Position numbers and translations under genes: made by a program. Under the pieces are notes generated by a model. It worked only from the letters and a program-made list of their open reading frames with translations. It was not told where the DNA came from and did no database searches. This document shows, in pieces, positions 13,570-25,671 of a stretch of 64,000 nucleotides of DNA (positions are counted from its first letter, which is position 1; every line of letters begins with the position of its first letter). Location: NCBI RefSeq assembly GCF_032062105.1, contig NW_026918900.1:62001-126000 (forward strand), given 5' to 3'. The stretch comes from Saccostrea cucullata (lineage: Eukaryota).

Positions 13570-15530
13570 ACTAGAACTGTCCAATAGGGACAAATACCCC
13601 CGCTGAGTTTTTCAGAGTAGGTGCAAATTCACAAATATTTATGGATCTATTAAGAGGTGTTCACTATTTTCTCAGAAACAATTTGAGAGCTCATTATATA
13701 TATATTTTTTTAATTAATGAAACTGAGGTGCAACCAAATAAAACATCAATACTAACACATTGTAACAGTTTTTTATTTCACTGAAAAAATAAATTGCAAC
13801 TATTTGTCATGATACTCTGCAAATTGATTGTTGAAAAAACATTATACAGAATCAAATTAATCTATATAAATTTATATCAAATTCATTTTAAAAATAATAA
13901 AGTGCAGTCAGCCTCAGCATGATACTCCCATCAAATATTGTTCATTCAATTATTATAAACAGTTTAGAGTGCAAGAAAATTATGTCAACCTTTAAAGGGA
14001 TTTGCGTAATTTTTCCATTCCTTATAACAATTGTTTAAACATCTCCTGTGGTGCAAGCTTTAATTATAACAAATAATCATCAACTGGTTGCATTATAGCT
14101 TAAAAACTTGATCTATACCAAATTGATTTTAGAAATAGGAGACTGGCCATCAAATGACAAATGCTATTTAAACTGACCAGCAGTTCTTTTGTCTAATTCC
14201 CAAAGGACACAGATAAAAGCTCCTTGATCAGAGATATGCTCTAACAGAAATGATTGAGACAGCTTAAGCTTCCCTACATAGAACTCATTAATTAATCTTT
14301 TACTGGATGCATGCCCACTAATTGCTATCAAGGGATGAATGGATCTTAAGTTTTCCTTTGTAGTGCAAACAAAATGCATTATTGCAAAATGCATTATTGC
14401 ATGTGTCATTCTGAAATTAAATTTGAAAACAAAGATTTTGTATAAATTTGTTACAAAGATTTATGCTGAAAAAAAAATTGTGTAATCTTGATGCATCATT
14501 TTGAATAAGGTTCTTGCATGATTCTTAAGATTTGTAGGGACTATCTAACAAAATTTACTGGTTTTTTTTAAATACTTGATTTATTTGGATTTTATATCAT
14601 ACTGAAAGTTTCAATCTGAAATTAATGTGGAGAATGAGCATGCTGATTCAAATCCCCCCACCCCACCCCCACATACACACACAATATAATTAGTTTTAAT
14701 TATATTATACAATATCAATTAAGTTTTTTATACAATTTCAAATTAGTTTATTATACAATATCAAATTAGATTGAAGTTGCTTTTTCTCAAATTCATTCAA
14801 TAAGTTAGGCTAGTCACTAAAACTATTTAGGGCTGATTCCTTAGCCCAGTTCCCAAGAGACAGATAACAAGTTCTTGATCAGAAATGTTCTTCAAGTTAG
14901 CTCCTTACACTAAACTAATTAATTTCTCTCTAATTTGACATGCAATTTTATGTTATCAAAATTCTCCTTGACCAGTGCTTCATAATTATACCCTTGGGAG
15001 AGGTAGATTTTCTCTTATAAAATAACATTTGTTATGGATTGCTGTAAAGTATATAATAAAAAAAATTTTTTTTCTTAATTTAACATGTTTTAAATAGGGA
15101 TACTGCAACATTCTTACATTTTTTGGATTGTTTAATTCAATAGTGAAAGACAGTTATTTTTTTAAATTTCACTTTAATTAAAGGTCACAGTGACCTTGAA
15201 ATAGGTCATGGCACACCTTCTACCCAAGATGCATAAATTGGCCAAGTTTGATGATTGTAAGTCTAATAGTTTTCTAGTTATGAGCCAAACAAAACAACAA
15301 AATAAATTTAAAACGAAAAAATGCCTGTAAAATGCAGAAAAATCATCCAATCATGATGAAAATACCAGGTGCACACCTTCATATGGTGAATAATAAGTGT
15401 ACAAACTTTCAGACAAATCCATCCAATAGTTTCTGAGAAACGGTCCGGACAAAATCTTGTCTACAGACAGACAGACAGACGGACATGGTGATTCCAATAT
15501 ACCCCCCTAAACTTCGTTTGCGGGGGTATA
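13570..15530 (+). mobile_element. HINE/Helentron-type (pearl/DINE-1-like) non-autonomous element
   Basis: Starts ACTAGAACTGTC..GGGACAAATACCCCCGC in an A-run; ends with a (CAGA)n microsatellite and TATACCCCCC..AAACTTCGTTT..GGGGGTATA hairpin. Confidence 0.65.
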
Positions 15531-15599
15531 ATAAGCTGTGTGACATTAATGCCTCTGATGAAAAGCAGATGTTAAAATGGAAAAGTCCAAGAGTATAAA

Positions 15600-16270
15600 A
15601 CTAAAAAAAATATGCCCCTGTGGTACAGTTTTTGCCCTGTCGTCAGTTAGTCTTTTTGTTTGCAAAAACTGTCTGTTTGTTTGCAAAAACTTTAGCATTG
15701 CCCATAACTTTTGACTGAGTAGAGCTATGGCTATCATATTTCACAAGTGTTTTTCTTGTGACAAGATCTTTCTTTGGTTACCACCAAATTTGACCTTTTG
15801 GCATTGGAGTTTGACATGCTTTTACATAGAAAAAAAAACATACTTTTACTTTGGCTTTAACATTTGTAATGCATTTTGTGCTAGGGCTTACATACTTGTG
15901 ATGAGACCTTCCATTGGATATCAACTTTGATCTTTTGACCTTGGAGATTGACCTATTTTTAAAAACGTTTACCTTGGCCATAACTTTTGAATGGCTAGGG
16001 TGTGCTTTCATACTTCACATTTGTAATCCTTTCATTAGAAACCAACTTAAACACTTTGACCTTGAAGTTTGACAATCTTTTAAAAACTTTAACCTTGGCC
16101 ATAATTTTGAACAGGTGGTGCTAGGGCTTCAAAATTTCACAATTGTAGTTTTTGTGAGAAGGCCTAACTTTGGGTACCAAGATATTTGATTTGCATTTGA
16201 GAAAGTTTAACCTTGAAATTCACTGTGTTGCCATATGGGGGTCAGTGTTTCACAAACACATCATCTTATT
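15600..16270 (-). mobile_element. HINE-type element with TTTGACCTT/AACCTTGGCCATAACTTTTG subrepeats
   Basis: (GTTT/GTCT)n microsatellite, about 3 internal repeats, terminal TTTCACAAACACATC. Confidence 0.55.
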
Positions 16271-17601
16271 TTTTAAATAAAGGTAGAAATGCATATTACA
16301 TCTAAAAATAAAAATAGCTCAATTTGAACAGTTTTAAATGTATGTTTGAATCAAATTAAAAGTATGCATTTTGTAAGAACTTTAACATAACCAGCAGCGA
16401 ATTAGACATCACCCCTTTGACCTTAATTTCTTAATAATTATATAACATACTGAAAATATTCTTAAAACTATACACTAGTACTACTTCCAAATTTAGTTTT
16501 CTATTCAGAAAATATGGTTCACACAGTATAGTTTTTCCAACGAAATAAAACCAGTTCCACTTAAGTTGGCTGAAAATATTTGAAATTTATTTCCATTGTT
16601 TTTTTTACAAGTACAATGCATTTGATGGCAAAATATGATTAATGATAAGATCATTTCATATTTTAAGTTCAGAAATTGTTCAAGAATACACTCTGACATG
16701 ATGTTTTGTCAATTTTTCTTATTTGTTCACAAAGTTCAAGGGTTCACATTTTAACTTGAATTTCAAAATCTGTACTTTGTATAAAAGAAAGTTTTCAGTT
16801 CAAAAAAAGCATTCAAACTTAACAATAAACAGACATCTTTAAAATAAGATTACACTTTAACTGTCATTAAAATTTCTATGTAAATATTTCAGTCATCCCA
16901 CTGATGCTAGGTGCCATTTCAAATATAACAAAGACTGAGTTTTGATCCTAATTTATATTTTGATTTGTAAAAAAAGTGCATTTGTACACTGTCCTTGATA
17001 TTACATGCAACTGTATGTTTCAAAGTTATTAAAAGCAATATTTATTTCACTTGTAACTTTACCTTATAATATTTTTTCTAAAAAGGGATGTGGCACTACC
17101 AGGTCATTCATCTTGTGACACTTATGTAAAAACACATTTATCATAACAGTTGTTAATTAAACATATATCTTGAAAGTTGTTAATTACATTGAAGTGACAA
17201 TAAGGTACAATTAGTGTGAGTTCAGACTAGAGAAAATAATAACCAATAATTATGAAGCAGTTGGGACCAATAGGGCCTTTGTAATACATAACAGGAAGTG
17301 TCTGGACAACACCAAATATTAAAAAAAACATATTTTAAGGAAGTACATATCTGATTTATATTAGAACTTTAAAAGTTGAAATTGCCTAAATTCCTGAGAA
17401 CCAAGATATTAAATGTGTTAACCAGATAATACTGTATGCAATTTCTTATTAAATCAATTTTTTCAGGAAGTACATTGGAATAATACTGTTTAGCTGTCAC
17501 CCTGAAATTTCCAAAATTCCTGAGAACACAGATTATGGGTTTTAACAAATTATACTGTGTGTACATGTATTTTGTGGATTTCTTTAGATATGCATTATGC
17601 A

Positions 17602-20600
17602 TCATTTAGCTTCATTCTGGTCTAGATAGACCCCGTGCTTTGCCAACTCCTTTTCTGCTGCCTCCAGAACTGTCTCTATGGACCCACTGGCATCTATTTC
17701 TATACAGCTAGGCTCCTCCATTCTCTTGTAGGCTAGGTATAATCTACAGCAATTACAGACTAATTAAGAGTATCCAAAAAATATACGCAATATTATTGAA
17801 TTTTGACTTGATCACTATTTTTACTTCCTTTGCACAAGGGTACACGGTTTTTTTTTTTGAGTAAAGTGTCATTAAAATTTTTTAAAACTTCCTTTATTTG
17901 ACTGTGTTAAATGATTCCTCACTTTCATATTTAGCAAAAGCATGAAATTAAACTTAGATTATCAAGAATGTGTAAAATTTCAATCAGTTGTACATTCAAC
18001 TGTTTCAGGGTTCTCCATCGTTTAAAATTTTACTGTGTTGCAAAGTTTACGCAAAACACTGAAATTTCGTAGTATTTTCACGATCAAATTTGCAACTGAA
18101 TCACTATTCATTATAATTACAAAAGAATACATTCTTACACTTATTTAAAAATCGCTAATTCGTTACACAAATGGAATGGTCGTACATATTGATAAAAGTA
18201 AAAGCACATGTACTGAAAAGCAGAGGAAATTCTGTTCGATACAGTTGTACTTACATGAAACATTTTTTAAAGTAATTTTGTTTATTTGTCAGTTTTCTTG
18301 ATTGAATTACCGAATTACAGAAAAAGAAACTTTAGAATAAAAAATTACTTTTAAGAGTTCCTTGAACATGTTGAAAATTTTCAGCAATTTATTTACATCA
18401 ATTAAATGACTTCGGTACGATTTTATGTTTGACTTACAGTGCTAACATAATACTTTACATCCGTGGCTCTATAGAAAAGACATATTCAAATATTTTTAAA
18501 AGTACAATCTATTTTAATGCCAATACCAATTAACCATGACATGGAAGTGTGAAGGCGAGGGTCTAGGAGATAACTGATTATGCAAGGTGAAGCCCTACTA
18601 ATTACATATAAGTGCTCTACATTTTAGAACTGAAGGATGGAAGAATTGTTTGATTAAAGCTCCAGTTAGAGAGGATTTATATGTTTGGATTTTCTAAATA
18701 TCACAGATCTTACTGTGTCGGCAAAATTTTTACTGTGTTGCACGCATAAAATTTGAATTGTTACTGTGTCAGAGAAAATTTTGCTGTGTCAGGAGCAACA
18801 CAGTAAAACAGCTCATGGAGAACCCTGACTGTTTGAAGATTTTACCTTTCTCTAAACAGTCTATCTTTATCTAGATGTTTTTCTTCTTGAGTTTTCTCCC
18901 CTCCTCTTAACAGCATCCTCTGCTTTCTGATCTCCTCACTGACTGTCAGAAAGAGGACAATGTCTGGGGTTAAAAGGTCACTGGGCCACTTATACACCCA
19001 GTGGCCTTCCAATGGAATGTCTTCATTGCTTGTTTCATTGGCTATACCATAAGCTGCAGTACTGTGCCAGAATCTAGAGCAGAAGGGGAAAACTGTTATT
19101 TAGGGATTAACAATTCTGCAATTAACAATTTTGGGATTAACAATAATTCAAGTTTGCTTAAACAATTATAAATTTGCCTCAAACACTACACATCTGCCTT
19201 TCTATTTCAATCACCAGCATAAAATATAAGAACATTTTCTGAGACATGATATCTGAATGAGTTTTTCCTGCTCTTTTGATGTATACATGTTTTTTAATTA
19301 TTTCACATCAAAACTTTCTCTGATTTCATGTCTGCACTAACCTGTCCATGATAACAGGTTTTTCCTGACACGTTTTTAGTATTGCTATGGAAACAATATA
19401 GTTGCCAATGGAATAGTAGGCCCTTCTGACGATTTCTGGAAGGTCATCAAAACGTTTCCTCAGATGCTGTATTGGGGGAGGAGGTGTAAAATATCTACAT
19501 GCAGCCATTTTCTTCTCCAGTGTTTCAGTCAAGGTGGTCTTCCCTATTTAAAACAATTTTTTTCAGTTACATCAACTGTGGTTTATAAAAAAAAATAAGA
19601 TTTGTAATTGCCAAATTTATTGTTTGTCAAGAATCAACTTCCAGTTAGTCTCTATTTGATAAACAAGAGGCCCACGGGCCTTATAGGTCACCTGAGCATT
19701 ATGCAACAATTTTCCAGTTATTGAATTTGATTCATGTTTTAAGCCAGATGCTATATGACATTCACAATTTTGAAAGAGGCACCATTGATCATCATAACAA
19801 TACACTTAGCAGTTGCTTAGCTTGGTTACTGAATACCCATATGCAGGGTAGGGGAACAAAAATGCATTCCAACTAACCAGTAGTGCCCCTAACACTGTGA
19901 CATAAACCCCTGACCCTAGGTCCACACATTGCACAAATTTCAAAAAGGCACCCTTAATATAAAAAAATAAATGTTTTATAAATACAAAAGAGCAGATTTC
20001 AAACAAAAAATTCATTTTCAGTATATAAGTAGAGCCCCCACCCCACCCCTGACCCTGGGGCTTTGAAATTCACAATTCTGCAAGATTAGGGCCCTTGCTC
20101 ATCATAACTATAAAGGTAGTTCATCTGCTTTATACCCAGAGACAAAGAAAAAAATTTCAAAGATTTAATGTATTTTCATTATATAATCAATTGAGCCCCG
20201 CCCCCCTAACACCAGAACCCCTGACCCTAAAGCCATAAAATTCACAATTTTAAAAGAGGCATTCTTGCTCATCATAACTATGTACTTAGTTTATTTAATT
20301 CCTAGGAGCAGAGAAGAAGATTTTCAAAGAATTCATGTATTTTCAATATATAATCAATAGAGCCCTGCCCAGTAACACCAGAACCCCTGACCCTGGGACC
20401 ATAAAATTCACAATTTTGGTAGAGGCACTCATGCTCATCATAACTATGCACTTAGTTAGTTTATTTAATACCTAGGAGCAGAGAAGAAGATTTTCAAAGA
20501 ATTCATGTATTTTTACTATATATAATCTATAGAGCCCCGCCCTAACACCAGAACCCTTGAGCCATAAAATTCACAATTTTGGTTGAGGCACTCTTACTCA

Positions 20601-22664
20601 TCATAACTATGCACTTAGTTGGTTTATTTAATACCTAGGAGCAGAGTAGAAGATTTTCAAAGAATTCATGTATTTTCACTATATAATCAATAGAGCCCCC
20701 CCCCTCTAACACCAGAACCCTTGACTCTGGGGCCATAAAATTCACAATTTTGGTAGAGGCACTTATGCTCATCATAACTATGCACTTAGTTAGTATATTT
20801 AATACCCAGGGGCAGAGAAGAAGATTTTCAAAGAAATCATGTATTTTCACTATATAATCAATAGAGCCCCACCCTAATGATAGAACCCCTGACCCTGGGG
20901 CCATAAAATTCACAATTTTGGTAGAGGCAATCATGCTCATCATAACTATGCACTTAGTTAGTTTATTTAATACCCAGGGGCAGAGAAGAAGATTTTCAAA
21001 GAAATCATGTATTTTCACTATATACGAGGGTTGTCCCGTAAAATCGTGGACAAGTTGTCTAGTGTGAAAAATAAACATCACTGCGCTCTGAAGTTTTCAC
21101 TATTATTTAGTACATTTTTTAGTAATATACACAGCAAATTTCAGATAAATATATGCATAAATAAAGAAATTATGAGATTTTATGTCAGGTATTGTATCAC
21201 TTTACGGCGCATGGATTATAACGTCAGAGTGTCTAAAACAGCGTCACGTTTTATCTTTGTTGAAAATGAAGTTGGATGAGTCCGACTTAAATTTAGGAAT
21301 TCATTGATACTCATTCTTTAGTCTCCATAAACAGTCGAAGAACCAATATTGGCACCATCATTCCATCTTCTGAAGATTTATTAGTAAGTTACGGACAATA
21401 TTCTCACCATCATTCAACTAATAGAAAATCTCATATCGGCGGTCCACGTACTGTGACAGCGTCTTTTGCTATAACAATAGGAGTTTGTCCGTATGTTTTG
21501 TACTCCCCAGGGACTTGATCAAAAAAAGACAAGACTTTACTAAGAAAACTCCCATTTCATTTGTATACTTAAGAAACGGGGATATTTTTATAATCTTTTT
21601 TCTTTTATGGTCATTTCAAGTCTCTTAAGGTGTCATCGAAATAAAACTCAACTGCTCTCCGGTGCGCCGTAACGTCATAAAACGTCGCCATTTTTCGTGT
21701 GTTGTGTTTACCACTTTCCCATTTCGAATGCTCGAGAAACTGCCAAAAATTAACCAAATGTTTTGAAATTTTTACAAAGACTACAAAATTGATTGTGGAA
21801 TGTAATTAGGATAATTTTAATCCAAATCACATGTATTTAAAACTTTTATTTTGAATTCAAACTTGTGTATTCTTTAATAAAACCTTGGATTTTTGACCGT
21901 GCGCCGTAGGACAATACCCCGTGCTCATTCAAGCATAATAAAATCTTTATTTTTGCCTATATTTTATCAAAAAAATTATCATGCACTCGAATATGATAAA
22001 TAAACATTTACTGAAAATTTCAACTTAGTGCGCCCATTACTTTTCGAGAAAAACGTTTTGTCCACGATTTTATGGGACAACCCTCGTATAATCAATAGAG
22101 CCCCGCCCTAGCACCAGAACCCCTGACCCTGGGGCCATAAAATTCACAATTTTGGTAGAGGCACTCATGCTCATCATAACTATGCACTTAGTTAGTTTAT
22201 TTAATACCCAGGGGCAGAGAAGAAGATTTTCAAAGAAATCATGTATTTTCACTATATAATCAATAGAGCCCCGCCCTAGCACCAGAACCCCTGACCCTGG
22301 GGCCATAAAATTCACAATTTTGGTAGAGGCACTCTTGCTCATCATAACTATGTACTTAGTTGGTTTATTTAATACCCAGGAGTAGAGAAAAAGATTTCCA
22401 AAGAAATAATGCATTTTCACTATATACTTATTTAGCCCCGCCCTAGCACTAGAACCCCTGACCCCAGGGCCATGAATTTCACAATTTTGGTAAAGGACTC
22501 AATGCTGATTACAATCATGCAAACAGTTTGACTGCTTGATGTCCAGGAGTAAAGAAGAAGATTTTTAAAGATTGCATTAATTTTAGTGGTTTTGGCCCCA
22601 CCCCTCAGGCCCCAGGGGGGCCAGGGATCATGAAATTCACAATTTTTGTTCCCCTTCACCCATA

Positions 22665-22695
<31 letters not shown>

Positions 22696-24291
22696 TTCAG
22701 TGGTTGCAGAGAAGAAGCTGAAAATGTTCAAATGTTAACACACGACGGACGACGAACGACGGACCGACGACGAAAACGGATAGCAATAGGTCACCTGAGT
22801 TTACTCAGGTGACCTAATAAAAGTTAGAAACAAATACACTTTTTCTGCCAGTCACCTTGAACTTGCTGTAATGACCGTAGTCAATATCAATACCCCCCTC
22901 CCCCACCCCCACCCGCCCCCATCACATGCAATTTTTGTGATAAAGTATGAGCCTCTGATGTTCTCCATAACAGAGAGGAATTAAAATTTTTCCATAAAAG
23001 TCATAAATAATCAGATCTGAAAAAAATCCCCTTGTCATATACTTATATATACCTCTTAATAACTTTTTTCTAAAAGCAAATCATTATCATGTTTGGTTTA
23101 GTCAGTATTGAACTTACCAGTAGCATCAAGTCCCTCCACCACAACAAATGGAAATTTCATCATTTTCTTCAGATCTTTGAGGCTAAAGTCTGTTGGGACA
23201 GTGGCATCATAAATTCGAAGGAGTTCCTCTGCCTCTCTGATGCATACTGTGGACTGAAATTATTTTTTAATTAATGGAATACCTAATTATGCTAGATCTC
23301 TAGGCCTGATGGTAGAATATTAAGGTTTTAGACAAAATCCCAGAGTCAATATGATATGCAGCAAAGAATACATTTTGCTGCAGCTAATAATTTCAATTCA
23401 ATTTGACTACTAATGAGCATTTTTTTTTACCTGCAAGATTTTCTAAAATCTCTATTGTGCCCCCGCCCCCTCCATCATGATAAATTTACAAGACTAATTA
23501 TGTTTATTAATCATTTACATTGTATATTGTAAACATGTACGTACCTTTTCCAAAATGGACCGTGTCCGCGTTAGACTGTGGAAAACGGGGCAATATAATT
23601 CCCTGTCAAACACCGGGGAGGTTGAGACTGGATTTGAATCGCATCGTTGAAACTCTGCATTTTGTACAGCTGTACTTGATTGAGACAGATCGCCGTCATA
23701 TCGCAGCACTTCAATGTTGTTTTCATTCCTACAATCTGTTCCGTTTTCTTTGGGAAAACAACTTATTCGAAATAATGTATCTATTCCATATTTCTGAAAT
23801 ATTTCCTTTATCACTGGTGTCTTTTCTTTATCCAGATTAAATTGCCATTTTGGTATATCTGCACTAGGCCAGTTTCCCGAATACAGGGCCACACCTCGAA
23901 TGACAGGAAATCTAGGCCTACTTTCACTTTCCCCAAACAGTACGTAAGCTACGTTCAAACCATCAATGTTTGCAAGATTTAGATCTCTGGTTACATCATA
24001 AGTTGCGATGGCCGAGTTTAAGTAACTATCTACCTTTTCTCCCTCATGTTTAAGTTGTTTAAATCCAAAACCGAGCAGAAATCCACTTTCTTGGTCACTG
24101 TCGAGGCTTTGGGGAGGCGGATCTACTTTTATAGAAATACTTGTTAAAGAAATTGTTTGTCCTGGTAACACGATGGTAAATCGCCCGTTTGTCCAGTTAG
24201 ACATACGTAAAACTGCTTTGTAGAAGTAACTCTGCTGGTGCCAGTATCTGGAACAAAATCCAATAATTCGCGCAATTTTCAATGACCCCAT
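17602..24291 (-). CDS. CMPK2: UMP-CMP kinase 2, mitochondrial (CMPK2), 484 aa; exons 24291-23545, 23253-23118, 19543-19342, 19073-18846, 17743-17602
   Basis: Spliced product has P-loop FPFVVVEGLDATG|KTTLTE, RKRFDDLPEIVRRAYYSIGNY, PVIMDR|FWHSTAAYGIA, VYKWPSDLLTPDIVLFLTVSEE and AYKRMEEPSCIEIDASGS, all CMPK2 signatures. All introns are GT-AG with matching phases (0,1,2,2); CDS 1455 nt; TGA at 17602-17604. Confidence 0.93.
18006..18827. mobile_element. Non-autonomous P-superfamily-like DNA transposon in CMPK2 intron 4
   Basis: TIR CAGGGTTCTCCAT / ATGGAGAACCCTG; exact 7-bp TSD ACTGTTT (17999-18005, 18828-18834); subterminal TTACTGTGT repeats. Confidence 0.8.
19663..22816 (+). mobile_element. Helentron-associated (Helitron-N2/HINE-like) element carrying ~10 copies of a ~168-bp Cg170-like satellite, in CMPK2 intron 2
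   Basis: 5' ACAAGAGGCCCACGGGCC..GGTCACCTGAG; tandem monomers (AAGAAGATTTTCAAAGA..CCAGAACCCCTGACCC) with ~164-171 bp period; (GAC)n/ACGG microsatellite; 3' hairpin AGGTCACCTGAGT-TT-ACTCAGGTGACCT. Confidence 0.88.
21025..22086. mobile_element. Tc1/mariner-type MITE (second family) nested in the satellite array
   Basis: TIR CGAGGGTTGTCCC(G/A)TAAAATCGTGGACAA; inserted in the TATATA of a monomer that resumes in register afterwards. Confidence 0.9.
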
Positions 24292-24701
24292 TAAAATAGA
24301 CGGTTACCATACAATTCGCTCCATTTTTTTTTCAAGCAGTACTAGATAATAACATTATCGTCGAAAACAACACAGGGTTCAGCGTTTGTTTGTTTTTTTA
24401 ATAAAATTGGTATTAATAAATTATATTTTTATTGTCTTTTTCAGAATTTTTTAGAACTAAAAATATAGAGACGGGGGTAACATGAAATATAGTACTGTAA
24501 CTGTTCAACTTTTGCATCCCGAAAACTGATATGTCGAATACCGTGGATAAGTAGAAGTGATCTGAAAATCCCGACCAAAATGAATTTTATTTATTATTAA
24601 GTAATTTACCTCCAATATGTAGAAACCTTGGTTATATCGAACTTACTGTATTTACAAGTATAATTATATTTTCTTACTTGTACATGAGATTAGAATATTA
24701 A

Positions 24702-24921
24702 GATTCATAAACGCTCTGCTAACTCATCTAAAATGTTGCTTGAAACTTAATGACTTTCCAAAAGAAATGTATTTGATAAGTAAAAAACAAACAATTATAG
24801 CATAGCTTGCGGGGCAAAATTGGACAAAAAAAACACTTTGAAAACTTGGCAAATCCACAAAGGAATGAAAGACATTTGTCATCATTTACAGTTATCTCTC
24901 TTATCAGAGTATCGATGAACC
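24702..24921. mobile_element. Short TTAA-flanked MITE, copy 2
   Basis: TTAA|GATTCAT...ATGAACC|TTAA; homologous to 6653-6869. Confidence 0.6.
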
Positions 24922-25671
24922 TTAAATTAATATTTCATTAGATGGTCTCTATATCTGTTATTAAATATTAATATACTTTCAGGTAAATTAGTTGAATCCG
25001 ATTGTTCGAGAAACATTTTGTTAAAAAACACTATTACCCGTTGAATAATGAAGCCACGCCCTCCAGCGTAGCAACAGTCAACATTGCTTGACGTACGGCC
25101 AGTGATATTCCAAAAAATAGCGACTGCGCAGAATTTATGCGCCCACGGTTCACTGTTATATGTATTTCTATAAAACATTTAGTGAAATATAATAAATATT
25201 GCTTGTAGTTGAGTGAAACATTGAAAATTGTCATCACTCGAAAACCATTGTCAACCTTGGCTGCATGCTACATGCAGTATTGATATAATGATGATAGCAC
25301 AAACCAAAAATTTTCTATTGGGTTTTCCATGTAGTAAAACGTAATTTACATGGATGTAATGTAAAGTATTTAATACATGTACTGAACATACTGTACAAAG
25401 TAAACGCAAGTACCATATGCATGAATAATTTTTATCTAACTATAGCTTACATGTATTTTTAGAAAAAAATGTCACATGAGCATGCCTGATAATAATATGA
25501 AAAGTAATTAACTTAAAAATAAATAAATATTAATTTTACAACATTCTTTTCCTACAGCAATATAACATTATCCATGTTTAATTAACAGATGTATATATGA
25601 GATGAACTATACAGTCTTTAGATGACTATGGATTCTTTATATTTCGATTTGTAAAAAAAATCTTTCCTTTC

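Noticed and set aside
20030-22600. Regularly spaced repeats as a CRISPR-like array
   Set aside because: Whole monomers repeat, there are no unique spacers, the context is eukaryotic, and no cas genes are present.
20635-22731. ORFs of 99-148 aa with repeated KIVNFMAPGSGVL peptides
   Set aside because: Chance translation of the ~168-bp satellite monomers inside a CMPK2 intron.
23515-24291. Stand-alone 258-aa orphan gene
   Set aside because: It splices in frame at AAG|GTACGT (23545) into the kinase exons, so it is CMPK2 exon 1.
24292-25670. ISRE or a viperin gene upstream of CMPK2
   Set aside because: No clear GAAANNGAAA element and no radical-SAM CxxxCxxC coding sequence seen.
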